Shown: one piece after another, positions 60,237 to 64,000 of the stretch | Position numbering within the stretch: the stretch's first letter is position 1 | How the letters are laid out: each line of letters opens with the position of its first letter | Source: an uncultured Actinomycetota bacterium | GTDB taxonomy: Bacteria; Actinomycetota; Actinomycetes; JAHEKZ01 | NCBI GenBank assembly: GCA_963743915.1 | Contig: CAVURN010000001.1 | Location: 1 to 64,000 of the forward strand | Reading direction: 5' to 3' | DNA: 64,000 nucleotides | Translations under genes and position numbers: made by a program | The notes under the pieces: generated by a model | Database searches by the model: none | Told to the model about the DNA's origin: nothing | Seen by the model: the letters and a program-made list of their open reading frames with translations, nothing else

Positions 60237-61339
60237 ACGTACCGTTCGAGGATGCTCGACTCCGCGAGCCGGGAGAGCCCCTCGCGCACGGTGCGGGCGC
60301 GTGTCTCGCCGACCCCCTCGACGGTCTGCAGGTCGTCGATGCTGGCCGCCAGCAGCCGCTGCAGGCCACCGAAGCTGTCGACGAGACGGTCGACCACGGT
60401 GCTCGGGAGTCGAGGCACCCGAGCGAGCAGCCGGTACCCGCGAGGGCTGATCGTGAGATCGAGGACATCGGGGTTGCCGGAGTAGCCCAGCGCCTTGGCG
60501 ACGAGGGAGAGGTCGAGCAGCTCGACGTCGGAGAGGTCGTCGAGCTCGCCGAGCACCCGCTCGACGGTGCGCGTGCGGCGTCCTCCCGTGGGCAGGTAGT
60601 CGCGGACCACGAGCTCGCGGTCCGCATCGACCCCGCTGATCAGCTCGACGAGCTGCAGCGCGAGCAGGCGCCCGTCCGAACCGAGCTCGATGACGTACCC
60701 GTCGATCTCGCGGGCGATCCGGCGCACCATCTCGAGGCGTTGGGCGACGACGGCGACGTCGCGGACCGAGACGAGGTCCTCGATCTCGAGGTCGGAGAGC
60801 GTGCCCGACACCTCGTCGAGCCGAAGCTTGTACCGCTCGAGGGTGGCCAGCGCCTGGTTGGCGCGGGAGAGGATGGCGGCGGAGTCCTCGAGGACGTAGC
60901 GCCTTCCTGCGACGTACAGGGCGATGATGTTCATCGACTGGCTCACCGAGATCACCGGGTACCCGGTCTGCTTGGCGACCCGCTCGGCTGTCCGGTGGCG
61001 GGTGCCCATCTCGTCGGAGCTGATGCTGGGGTCGGGCATCAGGTGGACGGCGGCCCGATGGATGGTGGTCGCGTCGTGCCCGAGGATGATCGCGCCGTCC
61101 ATCTTGGCCAGCTCACGCAGCCGAGTGGCCGTGAACTCGACGTCGAGGGTGAAGCCGCCGCTGCACAGCTCCTCGACGTCCTTGTCGTACCCGAGGACGA
61201 AGAGCCCGCCGGTCCGTCCACGGAGGATGCGCTCGAGGCCGTCCCGCAGGGAGGTGCCGGGGGCGACGGTGGCGAGCGTGACGAGCAGCTGCGTCTCGGC
61301 GTCGGCAGCCGCCGTCTTGTCGCTGGACGCCACGTGCAC
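60233..61339 (-). CDS. disA: DNA integrity scanning diadenylate cyclase
   Basis: KMDGA, GTRHRTA, C-terminal HhH VEGVG. Confidence 0.97.
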   Translation of the reverse strand: MHVASSDKTAAADAETQLLVTLATVAPGTSLRDGLERILRGRTGGLFVLGYDKDVEELCSGGFTLDVEFTATRLRELAKMDGAIILGHDATTIHRAAVHLMPDPSISSDEMGTRHRTAERVAKQTGYPVISVSQSMNIIALYVAGRRYVLEDSAAILSRANQALATLERYKLRLDEVSGTLSDLEIEDLVSVRDVAVVAQRLEMVRRIAREIDGYVIELGSDGRLLALQLVELISGVDADRELVVRDYLPTGGRRTRTVERVLGELDDLSDVELLDLSLVAKALGYSGNPDVLDLTISPRGYRLLARVPRLPSTVVDRLVDSFGGLQRLLAASIDDLQTVEGVGETRARTVREGLSRLAESSILERYV

Positions 61340-61365
61340 TCTCCCCGCTCGGTTGCGACGGGAGT

Positions 61366-62746
61366 CTAGCGGCGCACGACCTCGGCCAGCGCGACAGCCA
61401 GGGCGTCGTGGATGTCGGTCACGGTCGTGACCGACATGCCTTCAGGGACCGGGCCGTCGTAGGCCGGGATGAGCGCGTGCCGGAACCCCAGCCGAGCCGC
61501 TTCGACCAGACGACGGTCGATCCCGGGCACGGACCGGACCTCGCCGGCGAGCCCGATCTCGCCGAACGCCACGAGGTCGCTGGCGAGCGGCCGGTCGAGG
61601 TAGGCGCTGGCGATCGCCATGATGAGCGCCAGGTCGGAGGCCGGCTCCCGCAGCTGCACGCCGCCGACCGTGGCCGCGTAGATCTCCGAGGCGACGAGCG
61701 GGACGCGCGCCCGCCGGGTGAGGACCGCCACCACCATCGCGAGTCGCGAGGAGTCCAGGCCCGAGCTGGTGCGCTTGGGCGTGGTGGCGGCAGAGGGGGA
61801 CACCAGAGCCTGGACCTCGACGACGAGCGGGCGTCGTCCCTCCAGGGTGACGGTGACGCAGGTGCCCGGCACCGGGGTGCTGTGGCGCTGCAGGAACAGC
61901 CCGCTCGGATCGGTGACGCCCTCCACCCCGTGGTCGCTCATCGTGAAGCAGCCGACCTCGTCGGTGGGGCCGTAGCGGTTCTTGGTCGCCCGGCCGAGCC
62001 GCAGGGGGCTGTGCTGCTCGCCCTCGAAGGTGAGGACGACGTCGACGAGGTGCTCGAGCAGGCGGGGGCCGGCGACCGAACCATCCTTGGTGACGTGGCC
62101 GATGAGCACGGTGGCGATGGCGCGCTCCTTGGCGAGGCGGATCAGGGCGCTGGCGACCTCCCGGACCTGCGTGACGCCGCCCGGCGTCCCCTCGACGTCA
62201 GGGGCGGAGACGGTCTGGACCGAGTCGAGCACCAGCAGCCCGGGAGCCACGGTGTCGACCTGACCCAGGACGGCCGCGAGGTCGGTCTCGGCGGCGAGCC
62301 AGAGGTTGGCGTGGACGGCGTTGATGCGGTCGGCGCGGAGGCGCACCTGCGCGGCGGACTCCTCACCGGTGACGTACAGCGTGGTGACCCCTGCGCGCGC
62401 GGAGCGGGCGGCCACGTCGAGCAGCAGGGTGGACTTGCCCACGCCGGGTTCACCGGCGAGCAGGACCACGCCTCCGGCGATGAGCCCGCCGCCGAGGACG
62501 CGGTCGAGCTCGTCGACGCCGGTGCTGCGGGACCGCGCGATGTCGACGTCGACCTCGAGGATGGGACGCGCCGGCGTGCTGACCGGGCCGGCCGTCACCC
62601 CGCGTACCCGCGGACCCGGCCTCGTCGACCGTGCCCCAGGCCTGGCACTCGCCGCACCGGCCGACCCACTTGGTGGTCGTCCAGCCGCACTCGGTGCAGC
62701 GGTAGTCGGCGCGTGCGCGTCGTGCCGGACGCGGGTTGCTGGTCAT
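61366..62746 (-). CDS. radA: DNA repair protein RadA/Sms; frameshift near 62600-62610
   Basis: C4 zinc finger (CTECG...GRCGEC) in ORF 62450..62746; [13 protein letters not shown] and Lon-like C-terminus in ORF 61366..62598. Confidence 0.96.
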
Positions 62747-62771
62747 CGGCTCCTCCTCCTGGGTGTCGGTG

Positions 62772-62793
62772 ACGCTACGGGGACCCCCCGACA
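62772..62793 (-). promoter_or_regulatory. PafBC/RecA-NDp DNA-damage promoter motif upstream of radA
   Basis: TGTCGG-N10-TA-GCG-T, exact match to TGTCGG-N10-TA-N3-T. Confidence 0.8.
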
Positions 62794-62815
62794 GCCAGGG
62801 GTGCCGTGCGCGCGG

Positions 62816-63583
62816 CTAGGAGGAGCGACGGGTCCGCTGGGGGTCGGCGGCAGCTGTGGTGGCGGGGTGCGGAGCCGGTTGGTTGCCGGCGGCGAGGCGC
62901 TCCTCGCAGAGCCGTACCAGCTGGGCGTAGGCCGCCTCGCCCATGAGCTCGACCAGCTCGTCGCGGCTGCTCAGGTACACCGGTTCGCGCCCGACGTGCG
63001 CGTCGGTGTTGGCCGTGCAGTACCAGTCGAGGTCGTGACCCCCCGGCCCCCAACCGGGCCGGTCGTACTCGCCGACGGAGATCTCGAGGTACTCGGTGCC
63101 GTCGGGCCGTTCGACGTGGCGGTAGGTGCGCCGGATGGGCAGCTGCCAGCAGACGTCGGGCTTGGTGGTGACGATGCTGATGCCTCGGTCGAGCGCCAGC
63201 TTGTGCAGGGCGCAGCCGGGACCGGCGGCGAACCCGGGACGGTTGAGGAAGATGCACGCCCCGTCGACGACCCGCGTCTTGCGTCCCCCTTCGTCGTCCT
63301 TCTCGGTGATCTTCTCGGCGCCGTGGAACTGCCAGTCGTCCGGTCCGAGCTCCTTGGCCCACTTCTTGACCCGCTTCTCGTCGTCCTTGTCCGAGAAGTG
63401 GGCGCCGAGGGTGCAGCACCCGTCGTCGGGGCGTCCGGCGTAGATGCCCTTGCAGCCCGACCCGTAGATGCAGGTCCAGCTGCTCGTGAGCCAGGTGAGG
63501 TCGCAGCGGAAGACCTGGCCGGTGTCGACGGGATCGGTGAACTCCACCCACACTCTGGGGAAGTCGAGGTTCACTTCAGGCAC
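62816..63583 (-). CDS. Conserved Cys-rich actinobacterial protein (possible Fe-S/zinc binding, DUF3109-like)
   Basis: [29 protein letters not shown] and WYC motifs; TACGCT-N7-GTG. Confidence 0.8.
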   Translation of the reverse strand: MPEVNLDFPRVWVEFTDPVDTGQVFRCDLTWLTSSWTCIYGSGCKGIYAGRPDDGCCTLGAHFSDKDDEKRVKKWAKELGPDDWQFHGAEKITEKDDEGGRKTRVVDGACIFLNRPGFAAGPGCALHKLALDRGISIVTTKPDVCWQLPIRRTYRHVERPDGTEYLEISVGEYDRPGWGPGGHDLDWYCTANTDAHVGREPVYLSSRDELVELMGEAAYAQLVRLCEERLAAGNQPAPHPATTAAADPQRTRRSS

Positions 63584-63626
63584 GAGGGTCAGCGTACGGC
63601 GCGCGGAGCGGGGTAGCGTCAGCGGC

Positions 63627-64000
63627 ATGGACGGCGGTACGGGCTCAGGCGTGCGGCTCGGCGTCCTCGACGTCGGCTCCAACACCGTCCACCTGCTCGT
63701 GGTCGACGCCCACCACGGGGCGGCACCCCGGTCGGCGTACTCGTACAAGACCGAGCTGCGTCTCGCAGAGTTCCTGGACGCCGATGGCGGCATCGCCCCC
63801 GGGGGCATCGCTGCGCTGACGGAGTTCGTCGGTGAGGCGGCGCGCGTGGCCGAGGAGGTGGGAGCGGAGGAGATGCTGGCCTTCGCGACGTCGGCGATCC
63901 GCGAGGCGTCGAACGGGGAGGGGGTGCTGCGTGCGGTTCGGGCCGCGACCGGGGTCGACCTCGAGGTGCTCTCCGGCGCCGACGAGGCGCGGCTCACCTT
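63627..64000 (+). CDS. ppx: Ppx/GppA exopolyphosphatase family protein (5' part, runs off the window)
   Basis: [23 protein letters not shown] and LSGADEA motifs; not in the ORF track because it is truncated. Confidence 0.9.
   Translation, partial: MDGGTGSGVRLGVLDVGSNTVHLLVVDAHHGAAPRSAYSYKTELRLAEFLDADGGIAPGGIAALTEFVGEAARVAEEVGAEEMLAFATSAIREASNGEGVLRAVRAATGVDLEVLSGADEARLT

Noticed and set aside
62596-62615. Programmed ribosomal frameshift in radA (and likewise in cheR)
   Set aside because: There is no slippery heptamer, and similar single-base breaks are scattered across the window.
1-64000. Prophage, integrase, IS transposase, rRNA or tRNA genes
   Set aside because: No recognisable motifs for any of these were found in the window.

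Overview
High-GC actinobacterial chromosomal segment, probably a long-read or metagenome assembly because about ten genes carry single-base frameshifts. The left ~24 kb is accessory. It holds secreted proteases and lipoproteins, an APC permease, a methylated-amine/aromatic catabolic neighbourhood (HD-domain protein, Rieske oxygenase, flavin monooxygenase, two DUF3237 proteins, acyl-CoA ligase, amidase, OTC, GS-like ligase, GcvT-like protein), metX-metY, and an AbiEi/PD-(D/E)xK gene. The right ~40 kb is the conserved actinobacterial block ppa-dacB-tilS-hpt-ftsH-folEPBK-nuoD2...panC-coaX-lysS-lsr2-clpC-mutY-disA-radA-ppx, with inserted genes (P-type ATPase, large PKD surface protein, orphan cheB-cheR-cheW). 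The strongest signals are non-coding or unannotated. (1) A ~300-nt minus-strand candidate ncRNA (23816-24116) is built of abutting hairpins, four GNRA-capped then five YNCG-capped, with its own promoter, a terminator and an upstream DnaA-box cluster. (2) A leaderless 31-aa Met/Cys-rich leader peptide precedes metY-metX, with attenuator-like pairings. (3) The AbiEi-nuclease gene is bracketed by two related ~70-bp palindromes. (4) A shared BetI-like operator lies in front of the Rieske oxygenase and the GcvT-like gene. All calls come from reading motifs by eye; no database search or folding program was run.
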